Numbered from the whole stretch's first letter, positions 22,280 through 36,304 are shown. The stretch: 63,868 bases of DNA, filler included, from Cladosporium halotolerans (GCF_011745625.1; 4 parts of 4 records of this genome joined end to end with filler, not necessarily neighbours in it), one strand, 5' to 3'. Made by a program: numbers and translations. The notes: a model not told the origin generated them from the letters alone.

Positions 22280-23029
22280 GACTTCAGGGTTGGGGACTCA
22301 AGAATAATGAATGCTCTAGCAGATGCAGATTCTAGTGGGCTAGAGACATTGAAGGTCAGATTGCAGAAAGCGAGAGGCAACTTGGGGACATCGGCTTTCT
22401 GACCAACTGTGTCAACTGGACTGCGCTGTGTACCTTTTAAGCCATTGCCCTCTGGCTTTTTATCATGCCGGCAGGAAGAAATTCAGTACAAGCTTCGTGG
22501 ACAAACTTGACAGGTCACACTCGAAATCGCAAAGCAGCACTGACCTAATTAGTATAAACAGAGGAATGGACTCTCCAGAGAAATCAACTCCAGTTTCCCT
22601 TCCCCTCCTCTCAAAACATTGTCCGGGGGCTCAATTGTGCTATCCATACAACTTTTGTGAGCGCGCCATGCTTGGTTTCCGGAGATCCCCGCCCTTCTCT
22701 TCATTCTTTCGCTTCTGCCTTCTGGTGTTATGAAGTTCTTCTCTCCCTCTGTCTTCCGTATGGCGCTGGTTGCTGTTCCCGCACGCCCAGCATATTCCCT
22801 TGCTCCAAGCCTGCTTCATATTGCAGCCCCGCCAATGACGAGTCTTACTCATATTGCCCTGTGAATGAATAGTGCGGCAGTACGCCAGGGACATACGAGA
22901 GACACTCAGCTTTCCTCTGACGACTGGGATGTAGTTGCGCAGTACCACGAGACACTTTGGCCATTCAAGAGCGCGACTTTACACCTTCAAGGCCAGATCA
23001 GAGGTTGCACCGGCGCCATAACATAGTTT

Positions 23030-26000
23030 CCGGGGAAGCTGGTCACGCGGGTAGTTGGTCAGCTCGAGCGAATTCGGCTGGCAATAAATCAATCGATGGC
23101 TGAAATCACTCAAAACGATGTTATTGATGTTGAGGGAGGTGGTGGTGGATGTGGGGAAGGTGCTGGAGCTCGAAGCTCGACGCCCGCTGTCGCCGCCGGC
23201 TTCGCCGCTGATGCGGGGTCGGAGGGCGGAGGGGGTGCGGAGTGGCAAATTGTGACGAGAGGGAAGGCGAAGGCGGGAGGGGCGAAGAGAACGACGATGA
23301 GGGTCATACCGAGTGTGATGAAGGGCGGCGGGGCCTCGTAGCAGGCTACGCCCGGCTTTGAGGCCGTGTCAACTGCGGCGCGTAAGAGAAAGGCTGAGAA
23401 GAGCGTCAACGACAAGCTTGCGGCGATGGCAGAGACCATTGCACAGCTAGTGGCGGCTCAAAGGTAAACGGCGGAGAGCCAGAAGGCGTTTCTTGACAGC
23501 AACAAGGCGCTGCTGGAAAGCAATCATGCGATGATGGAGGAAATCAAGGCACAAGGCGAGGAGATCAGGGCACAAGGCGAGGAGATCAAGGCATTGAAGG
23601 CACTGCTGGAAGGAAGTCCCAGGCCTAATAGCTACAGCGAAGTCCTTGCGGGCGGAGCCACGTCCATGGGCTCACAGACCTCCCAGACCAGGTCAACATC
23701 AGCAGGCAGTTTCCAACTCCCCAAGGAGAAACCACAGGTGCAAGATGAGCGAGCAGTGTCGGTCGACATTGGCAGATTCAAGGGAGCGAAGAATAATTAC
23801 AACGGTATCAGGGATGGCCTGCGCGATGGGCTCAAGGTCAACAAGGTCACGGAAAAGCTGACGATCAAATGTATACGGCCTGGCCCGGGCGACAGAATCG
23901 ACGTAGTTTTTGCCGACAAGGAAGAAGCCAACAAGGCAAAGCAGCACACTCGCTGGCCGACGTCGACCCTTAGCGGCGCTCGCGTCAAAGGTGACCAGTG
24001 GTATCCGGTGAAGTTTGACAGTGTCGTGAAGCAGTGCGTGCTGGACCAGGAAGTGAACGACGGTAAGACGCTAAACAAGGACTTTGCGAAAGTCTTCAAG
24101 GCGGACAAAAGCTGTGAGACGGCGGAGTGCACGGTAATGAAGGCCACCTGGCTCAGCAAAGTCGACGCGAAGAGAAAGGTAGGATCCATGGTGGTCTGGT
24201 TGAAGAACAGAGTCGATGCCGACTATCTGCTGCGAACAGGCACAGCTATGTTCGGCGCGACTGACGCATTCTGTTCACCGTTCATCGTCAGGGACAATAG
24301 CGGCCCGTGCTATCATTGCAACAGATACGGACACGAGCAGGCGTCGTGCACCAGCTACATCAGATGTGCTATATGCTCGAAAGGTCACCGCCGGGACGAA
24401 TGCACAAACAAAGACAGCCCGAAGTGCCTGGCATGCGGCGACGCACACACAGTGTTCGACTGGGCGTGCAAGTTGCACCCGCAGCACTACCGACATGTCG
24501 GACAACAAAGGGCTAGGACGAGGCAGGAGCAGCGCAGTGCTAACATTGACATTGACATGTATGGTAGTACGCAGGCAAGCCCGACCAATGCATCGAGTGC
24601 CAGTGGTGGGGCACAAGTCTCGAGCACGTCGAATGCACCCAGCACTACCTCATGCTAGGGGAGTTCAAGGTGCTTCACGTGAACATTGGCAAGCGAAAGA
24701 CGGCGCACTGGAGTTTATTCTGCGACGAGAGCTTGGCAGATTTCGATGCTCCCGCGGTGGTCGAACCATATATCTATGAGGATATGGACACCGGAGAGCC
24801 GGCCTTTCCAGTCGAGCGGAGCTGGCAATTGTTTGTACCTAATGTGAGGCACGAAGGAGAAGTGCGATACGCTTACCGGGCTGCAATCTGAGTGAACAAG
24901 AGGCACGCTGCACAGCAAGTGGCTGTACCGTCCAGCGACATGGTGGCGGTGACGGTCACCACAAAGCGCGGCGTTGCGCTCATCATGTCCACCTATGACG
25001 TGAAGTCGTCTGAAGGGCAGGCGGTGAACGAAGAGCAGCTGCGGGGCAAGCTGCAAATCGCCAAGGATGCCTACGATGGGTTTAAGAGATATGGAAGAGA
25101 TGGTAAGGTCGACTTGCTATTGTGCGCTGACTTCAACCGTCACCATGAACTGTGGGGTGGTGCTCAGGCGTCTGGAGAGGCCGGTCGTACTGACGAGGCC
25201 GAGGCTATCATCGACTTCATGCAAGAAAATGCACTGACTTCACTGCTTCCGTCGGGGACGGTGACCTGGGAACACTACAACGGATCTACTTGCTCCACGA
25301 TTGACATTTTGCTTGCGAGTGGCAACCTTAGCGAAGTTTGTGAGTACTGTGGCATTCATCAGAATGATCACGGCTCCGACCACAAAGCTATTCGAGCTCA
25401 TTTCGTGATGGACACGACAGAGTATCAGGAGAAGCGACGGAGACGGATGTATGACAAAGCTGATTGGAAGAAGATACGCGAGGAAGTATCGGCAAGAATC
25501 GCAGACGACGCCAGTCTTCACGCGTTATCTGCCAAGGATGAATTGGAGGTGGCCGTGGACAGACTTGAGGCGTTGGTTAACGAGGTTTTCGAAAAGCATG
25601 TCGCAAGGGCGCGACCGTCGCCGTACGCCAAGCGATGGTGGACCGACGAGCTGAAGGCGTTGCGACTGTCGTTGAGCGCAACACGAAACCACTTAACTGC
25701 GGTCAGGCGTAGGGGTGAAGATGTCGCGGAGGCCGCTGCGAGAGTCACAGTGGTGCGACGTGTATACATGGACAAGTCGAACAATGCAAAAGGGAGCATT
25801 GGGTAGATTCTCTTGACAAACGCGACAACATATGGAAGGCCTACGCATACACAAAGACCAGCCGCGCAAACCACGGCATACCTATGCTGAAGGCGGGGGA
25901 CACAGAAGCGACGAGCGACAGAGAGAAGACCGACCTTGTTCTCGCTTCGTTCTTCCCCATCCCACCGCAACCGGTTAATCGAGATGGCACCTCGGTGAAG

Positions 26001-26663
26001 CCGAGGATGGCCACGAGAAATGGCGGAAGGCCACACGAGCATGCAGGCAAGAAAGTGCCTCTGAGGATCAAGCTGCCAAAGTTGACACTTGCAGAAGTCG
26101 AAGCGGCAATCATGCAGTCCAAGTCCGACAAGGCACCTGGTCTGGACGAGATCACGTTTCGCGTATGGAAGGAACTCTGGCCGGTGCTTGGCGGTGTGGT
26201 TCTGAAGTTGTACCAGGCTTCACTTGACCTGAAGTACGTACCACAGCGTTGGCGCATGGCCAAGATTGTCGTCCTCCGCAAGCCGAACAAGCCCGACTAC
26301 TCGAAGCCGAAAGCCTAGAGACCCATATCACTGCTGGAAACGATCAGCAAAGGTCTCGAGGCAGGTACTATATTTAGAGTCCGCTGAAGCAGTGCAGCTG
26401 TGTCGCTCCCTTCGCTTCCGGGGCGCGTATCTGTATTATGCGGCTGCGCAGACGCAGGATGAACAGATCGGCTCGGCAGCGATCATCAAGTATCGCATGT
26501 CGACCGGCACAGTCAAGCAGCAAGCGATGGCGGAGGCTTCCACGTGCTCACTTGCCAGTGCTGAGCTAACTGCCATACTGTATGCTCTCGAACACGCGAG
26601 GGACACGCTGCGCAAGACAGCGCACGTTTACGTAGCAACGACGAGTAGTGAAGCGCTTGCGAC
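23030..26663 (+). mobile_element. Decayed second copy of LINE family A (ORF1 23096-24658, ORF2 from 24652), RT core deleted
   Basis: High protein identity to 10438-15956. Stops at ~23339, ~23465, 24889 and 26316, a frameshift near 25780, and a jump from ETISKGLEA to VLYLES at ~26363. Confidence 0.93.
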
Positions 26664-29290
26664 GATGCTTAATACGATACAAACGCTCAACATCATACAT
26701 TACAACGTAAACAAAAGCAGAACGCGCGTGAGAACGTCCATGTTCAAGTCGATGAGTCCCGAGAGGCACCACATCCTAGCCGTACAGGAACCGTGGCGCA
26801 ACCCACAGATGCAGACAACAGTTCGACCTCCAAACTCTCACTTGGTCTACCCATTGAGCAAAGAGACACGGGTATGTTTCTATGTTAGCAAAGCGATCGA
26901 CCACAACAAGTGGGAGCTACGGAGCATCCGCCGGACCTTGTGACCCTCACGATTCACCTAGGCGGCAGGACACTACACATGCATAATTGCTACGACGCTC
27001 CCCAAAGGCTTCTGATCAGCCGTAACCTTGCCACCCTGCAGCTGCTCCCACTAGCGCTCGACTGCCCAGGTGAACACCTTCTGGTCGGAGATTTCAACCT
27101 ACATCATCCGCTATGGGGCGGAACTATGCTACCCACCCAACACACACTAGCAGACACCCTGACTGAAACCACAGCGCAGAGCAACCTACAGCTGATCTTG
27201 CCGCAAGATACCGTGACGTGGAGATCAGGCCGCAGCATAAGCACGCTGGACCTGTCCTTTGCGACACCATGAATAATAGAGCAAGCACTGCAATGCTGAC
27301 AGTGCGAGGAATTAGACTCGGACTCCGACCATATACCGATCATCATGTCGATCGGGGCATCAATTCCACAGCAAGCGGAGCCCACAGGACAACCTCAGTG
27401 GCGCAAGGCGGACTGGGAGCAGGCGCGCGAGCGCCTGGAGCATCGATTAGGAGAGCTAAATCAGGAGTGCCTGGGCGACTCAAGTGACTCCGACCAGCGA
27501 CAAACAGATGAACTGGAGGGCCTGGATAAGAGGGTGGCCAAACTGCAGACGATCGATCATCCAAGAAACCATCTGCGACACCATTCCCCTGGCAAGACCT
27601 TCCCCCTGGATCCGTACCGGTTGGAGCAACGAATGTACAGAGAGCGTCAGGCGGGCTCGACGATCCCGACGGAAGTGGGTGGGCGGAAGCTTGGTGGAGA
27701 GGCCACAAGGACCGACTGAGTAAACTACAACTACTGCTGAGCAGTCAAGCAAGGGCCATCACGGGGTTGCTGAAATCAACTCCGGTAGCCTTCCAACGGG
27801 AAGCGTGTTTGCCTTGCGCCAAGGAACTTCTCGACCATCGGCAGACCAGATACGCGTTGCGCGCTCTGAGCGCGGATGGAGACCACCCAATGCATCAGCT
27901 CCTGCCCGCAAGCTTCCGTTTTGGCGAGCTTCATCAGCATGAATGAACGACGGGCCAGCCATCCAGTATCGGCTGGACGAGACCAGAGAAGGCACATGGG
28001 TCGTTCGGAGGCCGACTTGCACAGCAGATCTTCATGAACGTCATATACGACACCGAATACGGATTCGAGCTGCCCTGCAAAGCTGCCTCATCTGTACCAG
28101 TTGCATTAATTCGAAACAACGGATATTCAGAGGTGCCGGAGAGGACGCTACCTGACCACCCACGACAACTGACAATCTTTGTGAGTGCGACCAAGCACGT
28201 CAGCTGTGGAGTAGCGGTGGCATGGAGACAGCAACGCGGGTGGAAGACAAAGGCCTCATCGCTCGGCAAGTACATAACAATCCCCGATGCTGCAGTGTTT
28301 GCTATCGGCATGGTGGTGAAAGACATCACCCAGATCCTTCGTCGGGCAGACCGCTGCTTCGCTGAGATCGTGACCGATTTACAGCTCGCAATAGCCGCCA
28401 TCGAGAACTACAAGGACTGAGCCCTGCCTGTCATCACAGACATCAGGAGATGGGCACTACGGGCCGAAGACGCAGGTGTTCGAGTGGCCCTGACATGGCT
28501 TGCGAGTGACAAAACATACAAAATCGCGAGTCTTGCGGCGCAACGAGCAGCACGGCAACAGCCAAGAACAATGCGCTCGGCATCACTGTCCCACGTCAAG
28601 CAAACCATCAGAGAAAGGTGAAAGCCACAAGGCAAAATTGATAGAAGCGTCAAAGATGCCAAGGAATCGGTGCGAGCTAAGTACTTGCAGCTCAAGTCTG
28701 GCCACGCGGTCACAGGTGTCTACCTTTTGAGAGTTGGCAAGGCCCTCGACGCACACTGTTGGTGGTGCGGGGCAATCGAGCAGTCAGTCAAACATCTACT
28801 GCTCAAATGCAGAAGATGGCGAAGGCAGCGAGATGCCATGCTACGAAGGCTGAACAGTAAGGAAATCTCGATCGGCTAAAGAAGCGACAGAGCAGACCTG
28901 CAGACTCTGTTTAGAACAGAAGGCGCGGCACAAGTGCTCCATTTCCTCGAAGATACAGAGGTGGGCAAGAAAATCCCTGGAGAAAGTGCCCAAGATGATT
29001 CGTGGGACATCGACCGATTAGATCGGGGCGTTGAAGAGGGAGAGGTGGCGGAGCAGAGCGGGCGTGGATGAGGGGAAAGATGAGGAATGACAAAGACAAG
29101 AAAGTAGGAGGGCAATAAGCCCAAAAGCTGTGGCGGCTCGGTGGAGTCCGGGACGGCGAGCACAACTGTACTGTAAAATGTCAACGCGAGAGCACACCAG
29201 GATGCCATAGCAGTCGTTGAGAAGATAGCCGACGTGCCATAAGCTATTTAGGTTGAGTGCAATATGAATAAAAAAATAAAAAGGAGAAAA
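26664..29290 (+). mobile_element. Decayed LINE family B ORF2 and 3' end, RT core absent
   Basis: YNVNKS...AVQEPW, GDFNLHHPLWGG, TLDLSF and SDHIPI (APE); an RNase H-like segment; YLQLKSGHA...CWWC...HLLLKC; A-rich tail at 29267-29290. Confidence 0.85.
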
Positions 29291-29586
29291 CACCGCCCTC
29301 GTGAACGTCTAGGAGGCCGGCGTTGAGCAGCTGGTATCCAAGCTGCAGCCAATTCGCCAATTCCTCAGAACCCCCTCAGTATGCAATGTACAGCCGGTCT
29401 GAGAAGCATGTAATTAATTTCGGCAAAACGTCAAATCTCGCCTGTTTGCTCGGCTCGACCCTTCAACCCACGTCGCGCTATTCGTGCATTTGAGAAACTC
29501 TCACGCGTCGCGCCTGGAAAGCAAAACCGTCTGGAGAGCAGAGTATCGCGATTCCTCTACCCACGAGCTGAGCTCTCCACAATCTA

Positions 29587-31916
29587 ATGGCGCGTACAAA
29601 ATACATACCGAGGCCGAAACCTCCGCACCCTACGCGTCCCGTTCGGCCTCAAGCGACATCTAAACCTGCTGCACCCAACTCAGCCATCGAGCTCAGCGCG
29701 TCGAATGGACAGAACGATGATCAGACACCTGCACAGCCTGCGCTTCCCAAGAGGCATCACACGGCCACCAAACCCGCAACATGGACCGTCGCCATCGAGC
29801 TCGGCGCGTCAAACGGTCAGGCGATGATAAAAAAATCCGGAGGGGAATGGGAATTGGTCAGATGGGCGCAAGGCGCGAGCGCAAGCAGTATAGGAGGGGC
29901 CGAGGCCATACCTGCTTTGACTGCGATGAGGATGAGGAGCGACACTGTAGAAATACTTCATGGTCACGCGGCGGTGCGTGCCCGAAAGCGCAACCCAGGA
30001 GATTGGGAGATGTTCGCCTATCCCAAGATGGCTTTCGTGGACGAGGGTTCTACACCTGACATACAGCGAACGCTGGAGCTACAGAAAGAAAAAGCAAAGA
30101 AGTTCGGCATGACATCGAAAGAGGTGGCTATCGCGTTTTTCCGGCACATGGTAAGCGAAGTGATCGGGCAAAGGGAAGGAAGGTTCAACATATCCGTGAA
30201 CATCAGCGACCGCTGGACGAACAGTAGCGTGCAAGAACTTATGCTGAGCTTGCAGGGCCTGGGCATGGGGGCCGAATTCGAACACGTCAATGAGTGTGTG
30301 AGCAGCGTCATGGGTTGCATCTCGAACAGCAATGTCGATGGATTGAAAGATGGATTCTATGTGGTGGTGGATTTAGGCCATTCTGGAGTGGTGAGTCTTG
30401 AAAGCCGGAAAAGATGGGTGCAATCTAATGTTGTGTAGAATATCGGCCTTGCTCAAGTCGCGGACGGAGTCATCCTTAGCCCTCGAGAATACAAAGATTA
30501 TCCTGGAGGTGCAGGAGAAATCAACATGGCCGTGGAAGATGAAGTTCGGTCAATTAACAAGATCAATGGCGCTAAAACCTCCGAATCGAACGTCTGGGAA
30601 GTGTCCGAGTGCATCGATGAGTACTTCAAACCCGAGCCGGAAGCCGAGATAGCCGCTCGATTTGGACTTTCCGACGAAGAATGGAAGCGAGTGATGGGGC
30701 GCGCGAATCTAGCAAACAACAGTCTGGATCAGCGCCGCACAAGAACTGCAAGACCTACGCTAGAGGTTGCTCGAGAATTGGTCCGCGAATCGGAGGGTGA
30801 GGCTGGATTCTATGTGTTGTTGACTGGTCGCGGATCGCGAAGCCCTACAGCCCTGAAAGCCTTCAAAAAGATGATAAGCGAAGACTTCCCGACAGCAGAA
30901 CTGCGTCTGGATAAGGAAACTCACATGTAGGTGATGTCGAGAACAATATCGAGGTGCTGTTATGAATGGTGGCTAACGCTTCGAGCAGCACCGCTGTCAT
31001 TGCGGGGATGATGTACATGGCGGACAACCCAGACATTCTTTCGACCAAGGAAGTGCCGTTGTCGCTCTGGCTGCGAAGCGATCCAGACGGGTCGACCAAT
31101 GAGGATGATGACGATTCCGTGATCCGCATATGCACGCAAGGACAAGACGTGAACGACTCGCAGACTGTGCTGGATCGCTTGTCAGCGTCACATCCCATAC
31201 ACTACGAGCTCCTTGCCCCCGAGGATGAGCCTCCCTCTCTCGATCTCTCGGTATTCGGAACACCAGCCGGCTTTTCTGACGAACAAATCATCGAAGGATG
31301 GAATCACGACAAGTTTGCCTTCACCAATGCTGGCAAGATGACCGAATTTGGGAGATTTGAACGGCAATTACCAGGATCGACTGTCACGCTCAAGAGAAGG
31401 GTTTGTCACGTGTATCTATACGCGATGATATTCAAGTTCAAGGTGGAGTTCTACGCTACGTTTGCGTCTGATGGACGCCCCGTCAAGGCATTGGAGAAGA
31501 TGCCATTTGAAGACGCCTTTCATGAAGGGGAGCTCGCTCCGAAATGGCAGAGGCACAAGGGCATCAATTTGAGCTTTGTCAAACTGAGACAGGTTGCCAG
31601 ATCGGAGTTGTTACAGAAGCCTCAACTCCAACAAGACTCACCGGCACCAACAGGGCAGCGGTCAGAGGCCCTCACTGCCCTCGTTTCGCCGTCAGATACT
31701 ACCGGGTCACCATCGGACAACGTCCGTTCTGGAAGCGGCAGCAAGAAGAGGAAATCAACTCTACAAAGAATGACCTTAGCGCAGAGGCGGAAGCTAATCA
31801 CTTCGTCAACTACGAAAACGACACCACTAATGAATCGCCAGACCGTAGAGTCGCGGAGCGCAGACGAAGAGAACGAGTCCGGTATGGACATGTCAACAAG
31901 CCTTGCATCAGATTGA
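29587..31916 (+). CDS. Divergent Hsp70/actin-like ATPase-fold protein, 3 exons
   Basis: VAIELGASNG (phosphate-1), VNECVSS (connect-1), YVVVDLGHSG (phosphate-2), VLLTGRGSRSP (adenosine), AVIAG (connect-2). Introns ~30391-30438 and ~30927-30984. Confidence 0.6.
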
Positions 31917-32230
31917 TTGACAAGTCCGACTAAGACCCTTTCCACTTATGTAATTCATCAGTATTTATGCTACGTGGCTTGTGACACGGGATACATCTTC
32001 TAGCAAACTTCTCAATTATAGTCCCGTGTCCAGCACTCCAACCCGCTGTCCCAACTTGGACTCGACCGCTACAGGTCTTGAGCTCTGAGTCCTCCCACGG
32101 TCACATTTCCAGAGTAGAGTAGGCGCTGTGTGTTGATTTGAACCTGGAAGCCAGCGAATGGCATCGCATGAAGTTGTAGCTGGGGTTCCGAGTTTGATCA
32201 AGCTTTTGCTTCCGTTGTTAGAACGAAACA

Positions 32231-34140
32231 TCAGCTGTCTTGTGTTTCCAGGAAAACCTCTGCAAACGCCGTTGACACGGCCCTGCAAGTCTGGGTCCCT
32301 GGCTGAGCCAACCACTCTGCGAAGAAATCTGCCTCGTAGATTCGTGTGACTTCATTGACGAAGTATTTAGGCACACTGTCGAGGAGGGCAACACCCACAT
32401 CGACGCGAGCCCCGACCTCTAAGGATTCAAAGCGTGTGAACCAATTCGATCTGCTGCGCAGCGCCTCATATACATAAAGCGCGAACGCTCGGAGCTCGTC
32501 GAGGTCTATTTTTTCACTTGTACCCAGTTCATCAGGCCAGCTTGCACCAGAACCTAGAACAGTGACGACAAGCTCTCTGTCAGGAAGTTCAATAGTATGA
32601 ACAACTTGGAGTACCCTTCCCCTGCGCCCACGTCTGGCCGTCGTATCTTGGACAGTGACAATGAAGACGCGGAACTCGCCGATTTTTCTCAATCCCTCGA
32701 CAAACTCTTGATGAAACCATCGTTCCGTGGTCTGGGCCGCTCGTCGACTGCTGATCCTGCGCCCACTTGACTGGCATCTCAGATGCTTTGCGACGTCAAT
32801 TGCTTTCGGGTGCAGGATGACATGTTCGCTGCCGCAGCTGTAGCTCCGTTTCAACACCCCGACTTCGCTCAGCCGACACTGGCTCGCAGAATCGCAAGTA
32901 ATCGGCCGGAAAGACCAGCTTGGGTGTGCAGATTCGGCAATTTCATCCAAAGCGCGAATGTCATCGGTCTTGCCGAGAACATGTTCGAGCTCAGTCGCTG
33001 AGGGAAAGACACGCAGTGAGCTCGGTTCATGCTGCTTGACGCGCTCGTAGATGCTCTGAACATTGATGGCCGTCTTTTCGTCGTATTGTCGCCAGGCTAG
33101 TACCAAGATGCTTCCTCGCTCAACCAGTGCAGGGGCTCGCGAAAGCTGCTTTCGCGCCCAAATGCCAGTCTGGAAATAGACCTTGCCTTGGAAGCTGGCA
33201 GCCAAGATCGAGGCTGTAACGAGGGATTGGTGAGCGTGGACGTACTCGCGATCCGTCCTGAGGAAAGCAGAACCGACAACCAGCATCAAGCGTTGTGCTT
33301 CGTCGGGGAAGAAGCAGCTTGGGATGAGTTTGCTGACTGCTGCCGCGGTGTGCCTATGGTGGAGCGTCTGGGTGGATATCGGTTCGGCCAACTTATCCTC
33401 ACAAGCAATCCAATATACAATGGAGTACTTGTGTGTAGAGCTTGAGATGGTGTCTGCTATGACTTGGTTCGGGGAGTGCTTGCAGAGCCCACGTTTAGAG
33501 ACACCCTTGACTCTGGTCTTCGTCGGGGGATGAGATTCAGGATTTAGAGCATCCTCCGTCACTAGTAGCCTGCGTACGACCGGTCGACAGTCCAAGCCAA
33601 CTTCGACAATACCTGTCTCCGTCGCATTGCAATCGGCACACCTTTGTCTCATGAATCTCAGCTGATCTCGGTCGATTCCCGTGTACTTTGAAGCGATAGT
33701 CGAGTCAATATCGTTTGGTTTGTTGCTTTCTGAGTCTAACGTGTGCGAGCGAACATGCTCGATAGCCTGCTACAATCAGTCGGTGGGGCTTCGGAGAGTA
33801 CAATTACAAGACTTTCTTGGCTTACAGCGATATCAAACTCGTGCTCGTAGGGTACGCAAACCGTGATCCGGCCCATCGGCTTGGATTGACTCCCTGGTGA
33901 CTTGCGGTAGACCAGTCCAGTCACAGCGTCCTGCCTGAACCATGGCTTACCAAGCCGCTTCCAATTGCTAGACCCCAACAACTCCTTGAGCACCTCTTGC
34001 TGTTTTCTCATGTCATAAGACTCCCTGGTCTTCGGGAACAGTCTCCAGAAGTCCCTTCGCACGCCGGCGCCGGTTGCGTTGAAAGATGTGACAAACGGCT
34101 GGGTGACATTTGCCGGTACGCTTGATGAGATTTGTGACAT
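32231..34140 (-). CDS. ATP-grasp-fold-like protein with integrase-Zn-like N-terminal segment (~617 aa, 2 exons)
   Basis: Intron 33770-33825 (GTAAGC...CTGAT...TAG) joins ORF 33736-34140 in frame to 32231-33652. C-terminal VLKRSYSCGSEHV, WFHQEFV, GEFRVF, ARVDVG and YFVNEV follow ATP-grasp motif order. Confidence 0.6.
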
Positions 34141-34434
34141 GCGGTAGAGTGTATCCCTGGTCTGCTCGGTGTTCCGTTTCTTGGAAGGCGCGTGGGGGAG
34201 ACCAAAACAGTTTGTAAATTAGGACAGATTGCACAAGCGGTCGGTATGCGTACTTCGCCTGGTATGCGTAATGCGCGGGAGTTCCGCATGTGCGCTTTGT
34301 TGCAAAGTCGGCAGAAAATCCGTCACTTCTTTTCCACTTTGTCACAGACAGGGTCATCATTCACATCACTCGAAAGCACAGGATAAGACCAGTGCGTGCA
34401 CACCAACGCGATCCCCAGCGCCTCGCTGGCGGGA

Positions 34435-34858
34435 ATGATATCCCCCAGCAAAGGCGGCGGAGGGGCGCCCCAAAGTGACGGTTCAGGGTCTGGAGCGTCC
34501 GTGGAAAGCTTCGAACCAATCGGAAGTCTCGCCGACCTCGAACTTTGCGAAATGGGCCTTGGACCTGGTGGTGCGAGGACTGGGGACAACCAACAAGCTC
34601 GCACCACGGGACCAGCAAGTCCAAAGAAGCGAAAAGCAGACGCAGGATCAGCCATCAGCATCACTGATGATGTGCTTACACAAGCATTCGAGAAGTTCGT
34701 GGCGAGCGGCGGCCAGCGTGGATCCGAGGGCCCAACCCTCCCTGCTGGCTCGCTGGGACAAATGCAATTCCTCCGAGGCGAGATAAGGTTAGAGATGAGC
34801 AAGATACAGATGCAGATCACTCAGCTCGTGAACACTGCGATGGCAAACATGCAAGCCG
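34435..34858 (+). CDS. Hypothetical protein N-terminus, truncated by contig end
   Basis: Open frame running into the linker, with NLS-like PKKRKA and a helical C-terminal part. Divergent from the ATP-grasp-like gene. Confidence 0.4.
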
Positions 34859-34958
34859 NNNNNNNNNNNNNNNNNNNNNNNNNNNNNNNNNNNNNNNNNN
34901 NNTTAATTAATTAANNNNNNNNNNNNNNNNNNNNNNNNNNNNNNNNNNNNNNNNNNNN
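34859..34958. other. Artificial contig linker
   Basis: 44 N + TTAATTAATTAA + 44 N. Confidence 0.97.
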
Positions 34959-36304
34959 AACACAGGTGGTACCAGCGCCTACCGCCTCAGACGCTCAGCG
35001 TCTGCTATCTCTTCCGTGAAAGGGTCGACAAAGTCAACGCTTCTACGATCATGGAAGCCGGCGAGACTGAGCACTTGTAGACGTAGAAATGTTAATGTTT
35101 GCGAGCATCACCCCTACCTGTACATCCGCTGAATCCCTCGTGAAATCGTAAGCCTACTAGTAGCGAAAAATAGTCCTATGTACGTTGGTACGTAGACAAC
35201 CACCACCAGGCCGACAGTGACGTCGTCCAGCACAATGGTGATTGACGCGTTGATGGCGCGGATAAAGGCCAGATGGTGCAAGCTGTAGAAGAGGCGTAGA
35301 TAGGGGGTCCTTGTCGAACCCCCTCGATTCTTGCAGCTGTCGCAGTGTACGCTGGGCACAACGAGACCAACATCCAACAGCCAACACATCACCGTCAAGG
35401 ATCATGACAAAAGGTGACCAGTGGAGTGACGGCTGCGTAGAAACTTGACGTAGTCACGGAGGCGCTTCACCCGGTGATCCAAATCGTGTGCTTCTAGCTC
35501 TCAGGGCATCGCGCGTTCCTCTTCCGACGCTGCTTCGTACGTGAGAACGCAATCCGTTCTGCGGTAGAGCGAAGTCTGGGCAAGCACTACGCGAATCTGG
35601 GCTTGAACCCGTGGCCAGAACTTCTAGATGGACCTCAAGGCGTTCCTCTGCGGACAAGCCGTCTAGTACGGGCGTAGTTACTGACCGAAGATAGTCGCCT
35701 TCTCTTTGCACGGTGATGAGGCCGCCGCAAAGCTCGGGATCAGTGATCGCGGTGCGATCAGGTGCCGGGCAGATTTGCTCGAGAGATTTGTTCGCATGAG
35801 CGCATCTTCTCGCGGAGTACCCGGGTCTGGAAGCATCCACTAGATCGGAGAACAAAGGTGTCGGGTCGTTGAACGACGAGCGGACCAGAAAAAAGGGTCA
35901 TCGTGGCCGGAGATGCTATTGCAATGACTTTGAACCAACGTCCGGCGGCCTTCGGCGCTCGTTCTACCATCGGCATGGCGTGCTTGCTGGATCTTGCCAA
36001 GCATACAGCAGAAGGACTGTGACTTGATGCTGCGCAAAAATTTATAGTCAATATACAGTATGTGCAGTCCTCCCGACGCAGTTGAGGATGTCGGCATTCT
36101 GTGATCAGCCGCAGTCAAGTACATTTCAGGCGAAAGAGACTGCTGCAGGTAGACAGGGAGGACCCTCTCTATCATGATCGGCAGATCGCTATGTCTTGGC
36201 CAAATGTGACGAGGTGGGTATATATTCCCGGCAGCTCCACGGCGGGCCTGAGTGGGAGTTCTGAGCTTTCCAGACTGAAGACTTCAGCGAAGCCAGCCTT
36301 GACC

